DNA of 64,000 nucleotides from an uncultured Ignavibacteria bacterium (GTDB lineage Bacteria; Zixibacteria; MSB-5A5; WJJR01; JAJRUJ01): NCBI GenBank assembly GCA_964461835.1, contig CAYWVO010000006.1, positions 13,998 to 77,997 of the forward strand, read 5' to 3'. Shown piece by piece: positions 27,819 to 37,009 of this stretch (position 1 is its first letter; each line of letters starts with the position of its first letter). The notes under the pieces were generated by a model. It saw only the letters and a program-made list of their open reading frames with translations, ran no database searches and was not told where the DNA came from. The position numbers and the translations under genes were made by a program.

Positions 27819-29147
27819 ATGTCGACCGTTCTGGTCATTGACGACGAAGAGAATATCCTCACCACGTTAACGATGGCGCTCAGCCGGCGGGGATTCACGG
27901 TGTTGACCGCCGCGACCGGCAGTGAAGGAGTGCGCAAGGTGTCCGCCGAGCTGGATGCGGTCCTGCTGGATGTCAAACTTCCTGACGTCAGCGGCATCGA
28001 AATCCTGCACCTCATCCGCCAGAAACACCCACGCTTGGGTGTGATCATGATTTCGGGGCACGCTTCGATCGAGGACGCAGTCCGGGCGGTGAAACTGGGC
28101 GCCTTCGATTTTTTGGAGAAACCGCTCTCTCTGGAAAAGGTGCAGATCACCCTCGAAAACTATTTTCGGCTCCGCTCGCTGGAGGTCGAAGTGACCCGCC
28201 TGCGGGAGCAGACCGGTGAGCGCGGTCCGCTGATCGGCAAATCACGGGCGATGAAAAAACTCCTGGCCGAAATCGCCCGCGCCGCACCCACCGATTCCCG
28301 CGTCTTAATTACCGGCGAAAATGGCACGGGCAAGGAACTGGTGGCGCAAATGATCTGGCGGCAATCGCCCCGCAATGAACAGCCGTTCCTGGCGGTTAAC
28401 TGCGCAGCGATTCCGGAGGAGCTCATCGAATCAGAACTCTTCGGTCACGAAAAGGGTGCATTTACCGGCGCGATGTCGCGCAAAGTAGGGAAGTTTCAAC
28501 GGGCGCATAAGGGGACTTTGCTCCTCGATGAAATCGGGGATATGTCCGTGAAGACCCAAGCCAAGGTCTTGCGCGTACTGGAGGATTCAATTGTGACCCC
28601 GGTGGGTGGATCGGAATCAGTCACTGTGGACGTGCGTATTCTGGCCGCCACGAATAAAAATATTACTGAGGAAATCGCAGCCGGCCGGTTCCGGGAAGAT
28701 CTCTATTATCGATTGAATGTGATCCCCATTCATGTCCCGGCACTCCGGGAGCGCAAGCCCGATATCCCCTTATTGGCAGAACATTTCCTGCAACTCACCG
28801 CCGAAAAGCTCAGCCGCAGACCGCGCTCGCTCAACGCGGGGGCGCTGGAACTCCTAGCCGGTTATGACTACCCCGGAAATGTCCGTGAGCTGCGCAATGT
28901 CCTTGAGCGGTTGGCGATCATGGCGGATGGGTCGGTGATCACGCCGGCGGATGTGCATCGCTGGCTGCCCAACGTGGGCCGGGAAAGCCAGACTCGTCCT
29001 CTCCGGGAGGCCGCGGACGATTTCGAACGTGCATATATCCGCACAACCATTGAGGATTGTGGCGGCAATCTCACCAAGGTAGCCAAGGTGCTGGGTCTCG
29101 AGCGATCCCATCTTTACAAAAAAATGAAAAACCTCGGTTTGAAATAA
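27819..29147 (+). CDS. Sigma-54-dependent response regulator, NtrC family (REC, AAA+ and Fis HTH domains)
   Basis: Has Walker A GENGTGKE, the GAFTGA motif (EKGAFTGA) and a C-terminal HTH. Confidence 0.9.
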   Translation: MSTVLVIDDEENILTTLTMALSRRGFTVLTAATGSEGVRKVSAELDAVLLDVKLPDVSGIEILHLIRQKHPRLGVIMISGHASIEDAVRAVKLGAFDFLEKPLSLEKVQITLENYFRLRSLEVEVTRLREQTGERGPLIGKSRAMKKLLAEIARAAPTDSRVLITGENGTGKELVAQMIWRQSPRNEQPFLAVNCAAIPEELIESELFGHEKGAFTGAMSRKVGKFQRAHKGTLLLDEIGDMSVKTQAKVLRVLEDSIVTPVGGSESVTVDVRILAATNKNITEEIAAGRFREDLYYRLNVIPIHVPALRERKPDIPLLAEHFLQLTAEKLSRRPRSLNAGALELLAGYDYPGNVRELRNVLERLAIMADGSVITPADVHRWLPNVGRESQTRPLREAADDFERAYIRTTIEDCGGNLTKVAKVLGLERSHLYKKMKNLGLK

Positions 29148-29206
29148 TCCCCGCTGCGAACGACTATCTGTTTCCCGCGTATCAGGAAGACACGTGAGGC
29201 ATCCGT

Positions 29207-30403
29207 ATGCAGGCTAACATTTATCCGTTTCTTTTTGCGTCCGCAGTCATCCTGATTTTTGGGCTGATTGAGGTGTTGTTGATTCGGCTGTTGCACCGGG
29301 ACTGGTGGCGTAAACGTTGGATTCGCTGGTCGGCGCTCGGGTTGCCGCTGGTGGGGATTCTCTCTATCGGGCTGTGGGGCAGCGGGACGTTTCGTGGCAT
29401 TCCCTTGTTTGTCACGCTCGGGGCGATCGGCACACCGTCGGCCTTTGTGCTCGAGCTGGCGCTGATGTGTTCTCTCCCGTTTTCCGGTGCGCTGGAGCAA
29501 ATCCGGAAGCTGCTCGACCGCGTGCGCAAAAAGCGGAAGCCTGCCGCCGATCATCCGGTCAATCCCCAACGCCGCATCCTGTTAAAGGCGGCAGCCGCCA
29601 CGCTGCCGGTGATCGCTGTCAGCGGCGGTGTCAGTGGGGTCGCGCGTGGGTTTGGACGGATTACCATGCCGCAGATTGTATTTACCTTTCCCGATTTACC
29701 ACCGGCGCTCGATGGCCTCAGAATATTGCATGTATCGGATCTGCATTTAGGTCTCTATTTGGATCTTACGCATTTGGAAACCGTGCTGGCGCATGCTCAG
29801 CAGGAATCACCGGATCTAGTGCTGGTCACCGGAGATATTGCCGATGAGTTGCCATTACTACCCGCTGCTTTGCGGCTCATTGATCAATTAAATGCTCCGC
29901 TCGGCCATTATGCCAGTTTGGGCAACCATGAGTATTACCGGGGTATCGGCGATGTGTTACGGATATTCGATGATGGACCGGTACCATTGCTGGTTGATCA
30001 ACATGCGACGATCGCGGTGAAAGATATCACCTTGACTATTGCCGGAGCGGATGATCCCCGGAGCATGCATGATCACAATGAGACTCTGCGTAGCAGTGTG
30101 CACCAGGCGGTCAGTGGTGTAAAACCCGATTCCTTTACCATATTAATGAGCCACCGGCCTGAGGGCCTGGATCATGCAGCGGAATTGAATATCCCGCTCA
30201 CCCTGGCGGGACATACCCATGGTGCCCAAGTCGGCCTGGGCAGCCGAAGTGTGCTGGAACCGCTCCTGCCCAATTTGTATCTCTGGGGTAAGTACACCAA
30301 AGGGGCTTCGCAGCTTTACACTACCTCTGGTATGGGACACTGGTTTCCGTTTCGGCTGGGCTGCCCGCCGGAAGCACCCATTATTACGCTGAAGCGTGCG
30401 TAA
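29207..30403 (+). CDS. Membrane-anchored metallophosphoesterase (calcineurin-like)
   Basis: Has N-terminal TM helices plus the motifs HVSDLH, GDIAD, GNHEY and GHTHG. Confidence 0.85.
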   Translation: MQANIYPFLFASAVILIFGLIEVLLIRLLHRDWWRKRWIRWSALGLPLVGILSIGLWGSGTFRGIPLFVTLGAIGTPSAFVLELALMCSLPFSGALEQIRKLLDRVRKKRKPAADHPVNPQRRILLKAAAATLPVIAVSGGVSGVARGFGRITMPQIVFTFPDLPPALDGLRILHVSDLHLGLYLDLTHLETVLAHAQQESPDLVLVTGDIADELPLLPAALRLIDQLNAPLGHYASLGNHEYYRGIGDVLRIFDDGPVPLLVDQHATIAVKDITLTIAGADDPRSMHDHNETLRSSVHQAVSGVKPDSFTILMSHRPEGLDHAAELNIPLTLAGHTHGAQVGLGSRSVLEPLLPNLYLWGKYTKGASQLYTTSGMGHWFPFRLGCPPEAPIITLKRA

Positions 30404-30416
30404 TGTACTCTACATT

Positions 30417-30447
30417 AAAAAACCCGCTGTATTCGGCGGGTTTTTTA
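30417..30447. terminator. Bidirectional rho-independent terminator between convergent genes
   Basis: AAAAACCCGCtgtattcGGCGGGTTTTTT. A 5-bp GC stem is flanked by an A-run and a T-run. Confidence 0.6.
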
Positions 30448-30472
30448 ATAGAGCCAGCGTTGCCGCTTTCCT

Positions 30473-31174
30473 CTATCGCCTGCGTTTTCTGCGTGCCACT
30501 ATTCCGCCAGCCAATCCACATCCCATAAGCAGCAGAGTCGCGGGTTCGGGGATCGGCTCATGCGAGACCCCGACTATCATATCATTGTGATCCCAATTGG
30601 AACTGGTATGGTTATCATCGATAAAGATCAAATATTCAAAGTCGCCGGAGCCACTGTAATCTTCGTTCTGGTTATCAAAGAAATAGGAGGCCGCGTCATA
30701 CGCGGATACATCATACACCATAAACCACTGGTGTTCGTTTGCCGCGGAGCCTTCGGTCAGCGCCCGCTCGGATACCAGGTAGGAATCCCCCGTGCTGATT
30801 ATCCCGTCGTAATCGGTATCGTTGTGCAAATACAAGGTCAGATCGTCCCCGGCGGGGTTACCAACGGTATAGGGATGAATGGCACCGGGAACATCCAGGC
30901 CACTAAAAAATTCAGTGCCGGTGGTGCGGGGATCGGTGCCCATCGGGGCAACCCCGAACCGGTTGTTGGGATTCCAGGGATGGGAATACTCCGCCAACAA
31001 AGAAAAGGTATAGGTCGGGCCGTACCCCAGATGCAGGTAGACATCGTCCAGGTCACCGGCGATCGGCAACACCGCGGAACCATCGACATACAATGTCGGC
31101 GGGTACGCATGGCTGTGGCCGGCAAATCCAAAAATCAGTGCAAGGAGCAGGATCGCTGCGCGTTTCATCGGCAC
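30473..31174 (-). CDS. PEP-CTERM domain protein, an exosortase substrate
   Basis: Has an N-terminal signal peptide. The C-terminus …EPIPEPATLLLMGCGLAGGIVARRKRRR is a PEP motif plus a TM helix plus a basic tail. Confidence 0.8.
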   Translation of the reverse strand: MPMKRAAILLLALIFGFAGHSHAYPPTLYVDGSAVLPIAGDLDDVYLHLGYGPTYTFSLLAEYSHPWNPNNRFGVAPMGTDPRTTGTEFFSGLDVPGAIHPYTVGNPAGDDLTLYLHNDTDYDGIISTGDSYLVSERALTEGSAANEHQWFMVYDVSAYDAASYFFDNQNEDYSGSGDFEYLIFIDDNHTSSNWDHNDMIVGVSHEPIPEPATLLLMGCGLAGGIVARRKRRR

Positions 31175-31428
31175 ACTCCCAAATTATGGCGTGATCAAAT
31201 TATACTCATCCACCGGGTCAGGTGAGCAAAGCCCGTGCCTTTGCATGTTAATATTCGGTGTAGATGGAGTAGTGAGGTAACCGACAGAATCGCAAGCCAT
31301 TATGAATGCACAGATTGATCGGCAGCTCAAAGTCTATTAGACATTTGCGCTTTACTATGCAACCGGTTGCGAGATTCGGGAATGGGGGTTGCGATCTAAT
31401 GTTCGGTACTTTATGCGCTGAATATTTC

Positions 31429-31472
31429 GGGTGGCAACCCTGCTAACTCAGTCCGCCGGAGGCGGGGTTCCT
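31429..31472 (-). repeat. Family-B repeat, copy B4 in inverted orientation
   Basis: gggtggcaaccctgctaactcagtccgccggaggcggggttcc. Confidence 0.7.
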
Positions 31473-31540
31473 TTTGGATTGACGATGCAAATTTTTGTAT
31501 CCCACCCGGAGCTCGTGTGCCAAGGGCACAGCGAGCGTCA

Positions 31541-31582
31541 GGTGGGTCGGTACTGTTCATTGCAATCTTTTACCGACCCACC
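31541..31582. repeat. Perfect 12-bp inverted repeat GGTGGGTCGGTA-(18 nt)-TACCGACCCACC
   Basis: Read directly from the sequence. It lies within a repeat-dense intergenic region. Confidence 0.7.
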
Positions 31583-31726
31583 CGGCATTCCTCGCCCTGC
31601 CGGGCTTGTCATTCCGGGTGGGCTACATAAAATACAGCAACGACGGGTGGCAATCTCTAGCTTGTCCGCCGCTGGAAAAGCGATTCCCCGGAGGCGAACG
31701 CGGCTTGGGGCTGAAGATGGATTATC

Positions 31727-31756
31727 TGCCCAGCAGGTCTTTAACCTGCCCGTCTT
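31727..31756 (+). repeat. Family-A hairpin repeat, copy A8
   Basis: cccagcaggtctttaacctgcccgtc. Confidence 0.7.
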
Positions 31757-31764
31757 TCCCAACC

Positions 31765-31803
31765 ATGTCATCCCGGCCTTGAGCCGGGATCCATTTTGGG
31801 GGT
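31765..31803 (+). repeat. Family-C hairpin repeat, copy C3
   Basis: atgtcatcccggccttgagccgggatccattttggggg. Confidence 0.85.
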
Positions 31804-32256
31804 GGCTGATGGGGGCGTAGGTCGAAACTACTGAGGCGCCGCAGGTGGCGTGGTTTCAACAAGGTCATTCACAATTGCCCCACCATTCCAGAATCTGCTG
31901 CGCATCTTCTTTCATGGCGGGCCACCCGACTGCGCAAGGGGTAACTGAATTCCCGCCTACGCGGCAATGACTTTATTGGTGTCTTCTGCTAAAATTAATC
32001 GGACGGGCAGATGAGATCCGACACGGCGGATCGCGCACATGCCGGAAACGACCATACCGAAACTACGTTCCCGCCGCAGACGGAAAATCAAGGGATTCGT
32101 CCAACACAAAATCGCCTAGCACGTTGAAACATTGACAGATATCAGGGGCAGTTACACTTGTAGTATTTTTCGACACTTCTAAATTCTCTTTCTGGAAGGA
32201 CCGACTCTAGTCATGGCTCTTCCGAGGTACTGGGTGAAAACAAACGGGAGGTTATC

Positions 32257-33240
32257 ATGCACATAAAAAAACTTGTACTTACCATTGCCTTGTTCAGCCT
32301 TGCAGTTCCGGTTGCAGCCCAATCATCGCCGCATTTACGTCCGGTTTCAACATACTCGATTGTTGCCTATGATCCGGTCACCGGCCAATTGGGAGCGGCG
32401 GTGCAGTCGCACTGGTTTAAGGCAGCAGATGTTATCTGGGCCGAGCCGGGAGTCGGTGTCGTGGCCACGCAATCTTTGGCCAAATTGGCCTTTGGTCCGC
32501 GCGGTCTGGAAATGATGAAAGCCGGCAAGACTGCGCATGAAGCACTGGCCGGCATGTTGGCGGTTGATTCCCAAGACGCAGTCCGGCAAGTGGCGATGAT
32601 CGATGCGGACGGCAACATTGCCACACATACCGGCGGCAGATGCATCGCCTACGCCGGTCATCACACCGGCCCCAACTACTCCGTACAGGCCAATTTGATG
32701 CATGATTCCACCGTGTGGGCTGTAATGGCAGCTGCGTTTGAATCCACCGCGGGTGAACTGGCGGAAAAGATGCTGGCTGCGTTGGAGGCTGCCGAGGCCG
32801 AAGGGGGCGATTTGCGCGTTAAACAATCCGCCGCCATGCTGGTGGTACGTGCCGAATCCTCCGGAGAACGCTGGGCGGACAAACTCGTCGATATCCGTGT
32901 AGACGACTCCCCTGAGCCGCTGCCTGAGTTGCGCCGGTTATTGAATCTCACCCGCGCGTACGACTTGACGAATTTCGCGGATGAACTGCTGGCGGAGAAG
33001 AAGTTCCGTCAAGCGGCCGGCGCCTACTTGGCGGCCACCAAACTCGCGCCCGGCAAACCGGAAATCCTGTTCTGGTACGCAGTGACTTTGGCAGCCATGG
33101 ACGAGGTCGATCGCTCGCTGCCGTTATTCACCGAAGTGTTTTCACGGGACGTATCCTGGCGAGATGTGGTGCCGCGTTTGTTCTCGGCAGAGTTATTGCC
33201 CGACGATCCAGCGATTTACAAGAAAATTATGGCTCAGTAG
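32257..33240 (+). CDS. Secreted DUF1028-family protein (Ntn-hydrolase-like) with a C-terminal helical/TPR-like region
   Basis: Has a signal peptide. The motif STYSIVAYDPVTGQLGAAVQS is typical of the DUF1028 N-terminus. Confidence 0.65.
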   Translation: MHIKKLVLTIALFSLAVPVAAQSSPHLRPVSTYSIVAYDPVTGQLGAAVQSHWFKAADVIWAEPGVGVVATQSLAKLAFGPRGLEMMKAGKTAHEALAGMLAVDSQDAVRQVAMIDADGNIATHTGGRCIAYAGHHTGPNYSVQANLMHDSTVWAVMAAAFESTAGELAEKMLAALEAAEAEGGDLRVKQSAAMLVVRAESSGERWADKLVDIRVDDSPEPLPELRRLLNLTRAYDLTNFADELLAEKKFRQAAGAYLAATKLAPGKPEILFWYAVTLAAMDEVDRSLPLFTEVFSRDVSWRDVVPRLFSAELLPDDPAIYKKIMAQ

Positions 33241-33441
33241 GGGCGGCTTTGAAATCTGCCCCCACATCGCTGACTACTACAATCTCCTCTATCGACTCCA
33301 TGCTATCCCCGCATGGCGGGGATAGCGTGGGATTTGCCGGCTATTCTTGAACAGTTTCTTCCTCGCAAATGGTCGTTGCGAAACCAGGCCCCTCGCGCGA
33401 GCCAGCACGCAGAGACTATGACCTGCGAATCTGCAAAACGT

Positions 33442-34962
33442 CTATGGGCTGCACGGATCACAGGGGCCGTCACCCAGCGATTTGAACACAAAATTTACGT
33501 AAAAGGAAACATCGACCGGATTCACCTGGCCATCGCAATCCCAGTCACCGTTTTCGCGCGGGCAGCGATCCATGACCGCCCGGGCATCCAGATCTTTGTA
33601 GACGTAGTTGACAAGGTAGGAGACATCCAGCGGGTTCAATTCACCATTGGCGTCCAAATCGCAAAAGCCGGTGCAATCGAAACTGCGGAGCGTGGGATCA
33701 CCACAAAGCGTCATGCCGTAGTGCCAGTTGATTTCCCAGGCATCGAATCCGTTTGCCGCCAGGGCGGCAAACCAGAGACGGAATGATGCACCAATCGTCT
33801 TACCTTCACCAAACGGCCCATAGAACTCCTCAAACACCAGCATCGACCCGGACTTGGTGCTGCCCAGAGAAGCGAGACCATAGCTGTCACAAAAAATGTA
33901 CCACCCGCCCATATAGTCAGTTTCAACATACCGGGAGTTGGAGCAGGCAAAAAGGTTATAAAAGTACGCCACGGGATCGATCTGGACAATCTCGGTGTTG
34001 TACGCATAGCCCCATAAGTCACCGGGACGATGGAACGCGTGCCCACCCGGCCAGGAATGAACACAGACCTGAATAAATTCATAACTCTCCGGCAACCGGG
34101 CTTTATAGTGAGCATCAAAAGTCATCCATTCATCGTTGTAAAACACGCGGTCATCGTACGCTTCGCCCACGTTTTCATCCCATGTAGTGGACCACGGCAC
34201 CCAGTCATCATCGATATAGACCAACGCCCGTTGATTGAGGGGCATTTCACCGGTGCGGTACAAGTGGTTTTTCGTGAAGTAATTTTCCAGCAGAGTTACC
34301 TCGTTTGCGCCATCCATGGTCAGCGGTGAGGCGGTCAACCGGCCCAGCCAAATCTCCGGCGTGACATTGCCGGTGTGCGAATCATACCGGCCATTAAAAT
34401 CGGTATCAAGGAAGATGCCATTGATATCCATGTAGTATAAATCGCAGGGGAATTCTTCATAAGTGCTGTCGTCCGGCCAATATGCTTCAAACCAGGGCAC
34501 CGGGAGATCACCGATCAGCAGACAGCCATCCATACCGGCACCGTATTGTCCCTGTAAAAACGAGCGGAAATCCTCCGGTGTACCGCCCTCGGTGGTATAC
34601 GCGGTGACGGTGTATCCCTCGGCAGTCAAATCGGCAGTATACTGGTCAAGAGAAGTTTGAATCTGCGGATACAAAGACTGATTCACACAGATCAGAATGT
34701 CGGAGCCGTCGGCGGGACCGGTTGACTGCGGAGACAACTGAACCGGTTGTGCGGTAAATGATTCGACAACAGGATGGGCGCTTAGCCATTGGTGATAGGA
34801 GAATGGCGGTCGATCCGCCGGATGTACCCACCGCGTTTTGGCCATCGCTGCATAGTCAATTGTGGCATCTTCGGCGGACGCCGACGCGATCAGCAAAAAA
34901 GGCAACAGTACCAGACACAAGACAACGCCGGCGATTGCGCCCTTTGAGGCACGTATATACAT
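33442..34962 (-). CDS. Secreted C25 (gingipain)-like / clan CD cysteine peptidase homologue with C-terminal dockerin-like repeats
   Basis: Has a signal peptide. It is paralogous to residues about 100-480 of the 58678-62445 protein (GGTPEDFRSFLQGQYGAGMDGCLLIGDLPVPWFE versus GGTPEDLRAHMRERYEAGMEGCILIGDLPVAWFE). It has putative His (VCVHSWPGGH) and Cys (NLFACSNS) sites. The C-terminus DLDANGELNPLDVSYLVNYV … DCDGQVNPVDVSFYVNFV is dockerin-like. Confidence 0.6.
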   Translation of the reverse strand: MYIRASKGAIAGVVLCLVLLPFLLIASASAEDATIDYAAMAKTRWVHPADRPPFSYHQWLSAHPVVESFTAQPVQLSPQSTGPADGSDILICVNQSLYPQIQTSLDQYTADLTAEGYTVTAYTTEGGTPEDFRSFLQGQYGAGMDGCLLIGDLPVPWFEAYWPDDSTYEEFPCDLYYMDINGIFLDTDFNGRYDSHTGNVTPEIWLGRLTASPLTMDGANEVTLLENYFTKNHLYRTGEMPLNQRALVYIDDDWVPWSTTWDENVGEAYDDRVFYNDEWMTFDAHYKARLPESYEFIQVCVHSWPGGHAFHRPGDLWGYAYNTEIVQIDPVAYFYNLFACSNSRYVETDYMGGWYIFCDSYGLASLGSTKSGSMLVFEEFYGPFGEGKTIGASFRLWFAALAANGFDAWEINWHYGMTLCGDPTLRSFDCTGFCDLDANGELNPLDVSYLVNYVYKDLDARAVMDRCPRENGDWDCDGQVNPVDVSFYVNFVFKSLGDGPCDPCSP

Positions 34963-35182
34963 TGGTTCTCATCCTTATGGTTAACTTCAGTGAACGTTTC
35001 CCCGACAACGTCATTTCCGAGGCGGGTAAGCCGGTATCGGCATTGTCGTTACACCTGACTCAATATAATGAACGAATCTTGGGAGCAAAGCGGATTCTGT
35101 AAGAGAATCAGGGGGCTATAAGAAGTGTGGCAAAATTCGGGCGCCCGCCGTAGATGAATGATTGATGTGACAGCACGCAAAA

Positions 35183-35827
35183 CTACTTACTCTTGCGGAA
35201 CCAGTAGAACGGTTGCAACACCGGTCGGCGGTGGAGCCGGATATCGTCACCAGGCATGTAGTCATGCACGTAGCGCACGTCTTCAATCGAGTAAAATGCG
35301 TTTGGTTGCTTGGTCTTTACAACGTTCAGGATTTGCTTAAGCTTCTCGCGGTCCACGATGCTGAAGAGAATTTGCACCGGACCGTCCGGGCCGTGACCCT
35401 GGATGTAGGTGATGTGAATTTCCAATCGCTTCAGTTGCGCCATGAATTCGGGGTTCAGGTCCGGGATGATGATCCGAATCAGGAATTTGTCGGCGTTGAA
35501 TCCGCGTTGGATGGTCATTCCGACAAATGTCCCCGCGGCAAAGCCCCCGGAGTAGGTTAGATAGCTCGCCAAACCCTGGAGAGACTGCAGGACCTGTCCG
35601 ATGACTACCAGCCAGATCAGTACCTCCAAAAAGCCCAGGAGTGACGCCACCGTCCGATTGCCCTTACCGACTGCAATAATTCGCAGCGTCCCCAGCGAGA
35701 CATCGGCAATCCGGGCAAAGAAAATCATCGCCAGGGTTGCCCATTGTACGATGCCCATGCCGAACATACGATCCTCAGAATTTATCTCGCCGTTACCAGT
35801 GATAACGGTCGAGTATTGGTTACTCAA
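35183..35827 (-). CDS. DUF2179 / UPF0316-like membrane protein
   Basis: Has N-terminal TM helices and a C-terminal soluble domain. Weak family resemblance only. Confidence 0.45.
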   Translation of the reverse strand: MSNQYSTVITGNGEINSEDRMFGMGIVQWATLAMIFFARIADVSLGTLRIIAVGKGNRTVASLLGFLEVLIWLVVIGQVLQSLQGLASYLTYSGGFAAGTFVGMTIQRGFNADKFLIRIIIPDLNPEFMAQLKRLEIHITYIQGHGPDGPVQILFSIVDREKLKQILNVVKTKQPNAFYSIEDVRYVHDYMPGDDIRLHRRPVLQPFYWFRKSK

Positions 35828-36006
35828 ACATCGCGCGGGTCCGCTCTACTCTCCTGATGATAGGTGCGATCGCCAGGGATGAGACACAATACGTTTTCCC
35901 CAAAAAATGACAAGGGAACGGGCGCCGTTCGAATAGGCTGTCGATTCTGATGGCTGACCAGGCTGGAACACTGTGTAATTGATAGTCGGTTGAGTGCGTT
36001 GGCCCC

Positions 36007-36435
36007 TCAGACGATTTCCAGCAGCCGGATATCGTAGATCAGATGTTTGCCGGCGAGGGGATGATTCGCGTCAACTTCAACGCTGTTTGTCGAAACATCG
36101 GTGATGCGTCCCCGAATCCGGCCGACCTCCTCGTGGTCGATTTCAAGATGTTGTCCGATTTTCGGCATCGTTTTATCGGGCAACTGATCCCGACCGATCC
36201 GCCAGATTTGTTGCTCGGAATGCTTGCCGTATGCTGATTCGGGTTCCAGTTCGACGGTCTTTGCTTCGCCGGGTTCCATCCCTTCCACCGCATGCTCCAA
36301 TCCGGGGACTACCTGGCCCTCCCCAATCGTAAACTGGATTGGATCTTCATTGACCGACGTTTCAAAAATTGTCCCGTCATCAAGCTTCGCCCGATAGTGA
36401 ACTCGGACGGTATCCTTGCTTTGTGCCTGTGTCAT
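36007..36435 (-). CDS. FKBP-type peptidyl-prolyl cis-trans isomerase (SlyD/FkpB-like)
   Basis: Has the FKBP core VRVHYRAKLDDGTIFETS…GEGQVVPGLEHAVEGM. Length 142 aa. Confidence 0.9.
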   Translation of the reverse strand: MTQAQSKDTVRVHYRAKLDDGTIFETSVNEDPIQFTIGEGQVVPGLEHAVEGMEPGEAKTVELEPESAYGKHSEQQIWRIGRDQLPDKTMPKIGQHLEIDHEEVGRIRGRITDVSTNSVEVDANHPLAGKHLIYDIRLLEIV

Positions 36436-36562
36436 CGTTGCCCTTTTCCTTCCCTGAATCTGTTGATCGCAACCGCGGTTGCCGAATGCTGCATTACCGG
36501 AGCGGCCATGGTCCCCGCAACACCTTCGCTGTGGGTGATGGTCGCCGGGTAACGCGGACAGT

Positions 36563-36991
36563 CTATAAGATGTCGACCAGTTGCAGTTCGAACGTTAAAT
36601 CCTGACCGGTGAGCGGATGGTTGCCGTCGAGCGTTACTTCCGAATCGGTCAGATTTGTCACCCAAACATGATCCTTGGTGCCATCCGTGCGCTGCAACTG
36701 CAATCTCTTCCCGATTTCCAGTTCGACGCTTTCCGGTACCCTGGAACGATTGACGGTAATGACCCGATCCTTGCGGTAGGTGCCGTAGGCGTCATCCGCC
36801 GGGATATCGACGGTCTTGCGTTCGCCCGGCTTCATGCCCATGACCGCTTTTTCGATGCCGGGCAGCACCTGATCGCTGCCCACCCTGAATTCCGCCGGTT
36901 GTTCTTCAAACGTTGAGTCAAACGTTTCACCGTTCTCCAGTTTTCCCACGTAGTGCAGGCGAACCGTATCGCCGATTCCTACCTGTGCCAT
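36563..36991 (-). CDS. FKBP-type peptidyl-prolyl cis-trans isomerase, a tandem paralogue
   Basis: VRLHYVGKLENGETFDST…GSDQVLPGIEKAVMGM. Length 142 aa. Confidence 0.9.
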   Translation of the reverse strand: MAQVGIGDTVRLHYVGKLENGETFDSTFEEQPAEFRVGSDQVLPGIEKAVMGMKPGERKTVDIPADDAYGTYRKDRVITVNRSRVPESVELEIGKRLQLQRTDGTKDHVWVTNLTDSEVTLDGNHPLTGQDLTFELQLVDIL

Positions 36992-37009
36992 ACTGGTGCT
37001 CCTCCTGTG

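Noticed and set aside
31431-31820. ORFs of 129 and 95 aa in the repeat-dense region (also 4573-4809, 4754-4975 and 58213-58524)
   Set aside because: Their shared peptide segments (RDPFWG, HPGLEPGSILG, ALTFVRVS) are just translations of the family-C and family-E repeat units. They are not protein-coding genes.
32132-32166. A sigma70-like promoter (TTGACA … TAGTAT) upstream of the DUF1028 gene
   Set aside because: The spacer between the hexamers is about 23 bp, too long for a canonical promoter.
33313-33786. A 157-aa plus-strand ORF
   Set aside because: It lies antisense within the 3' end of the C25-like peptidase gene and has no supporting features.
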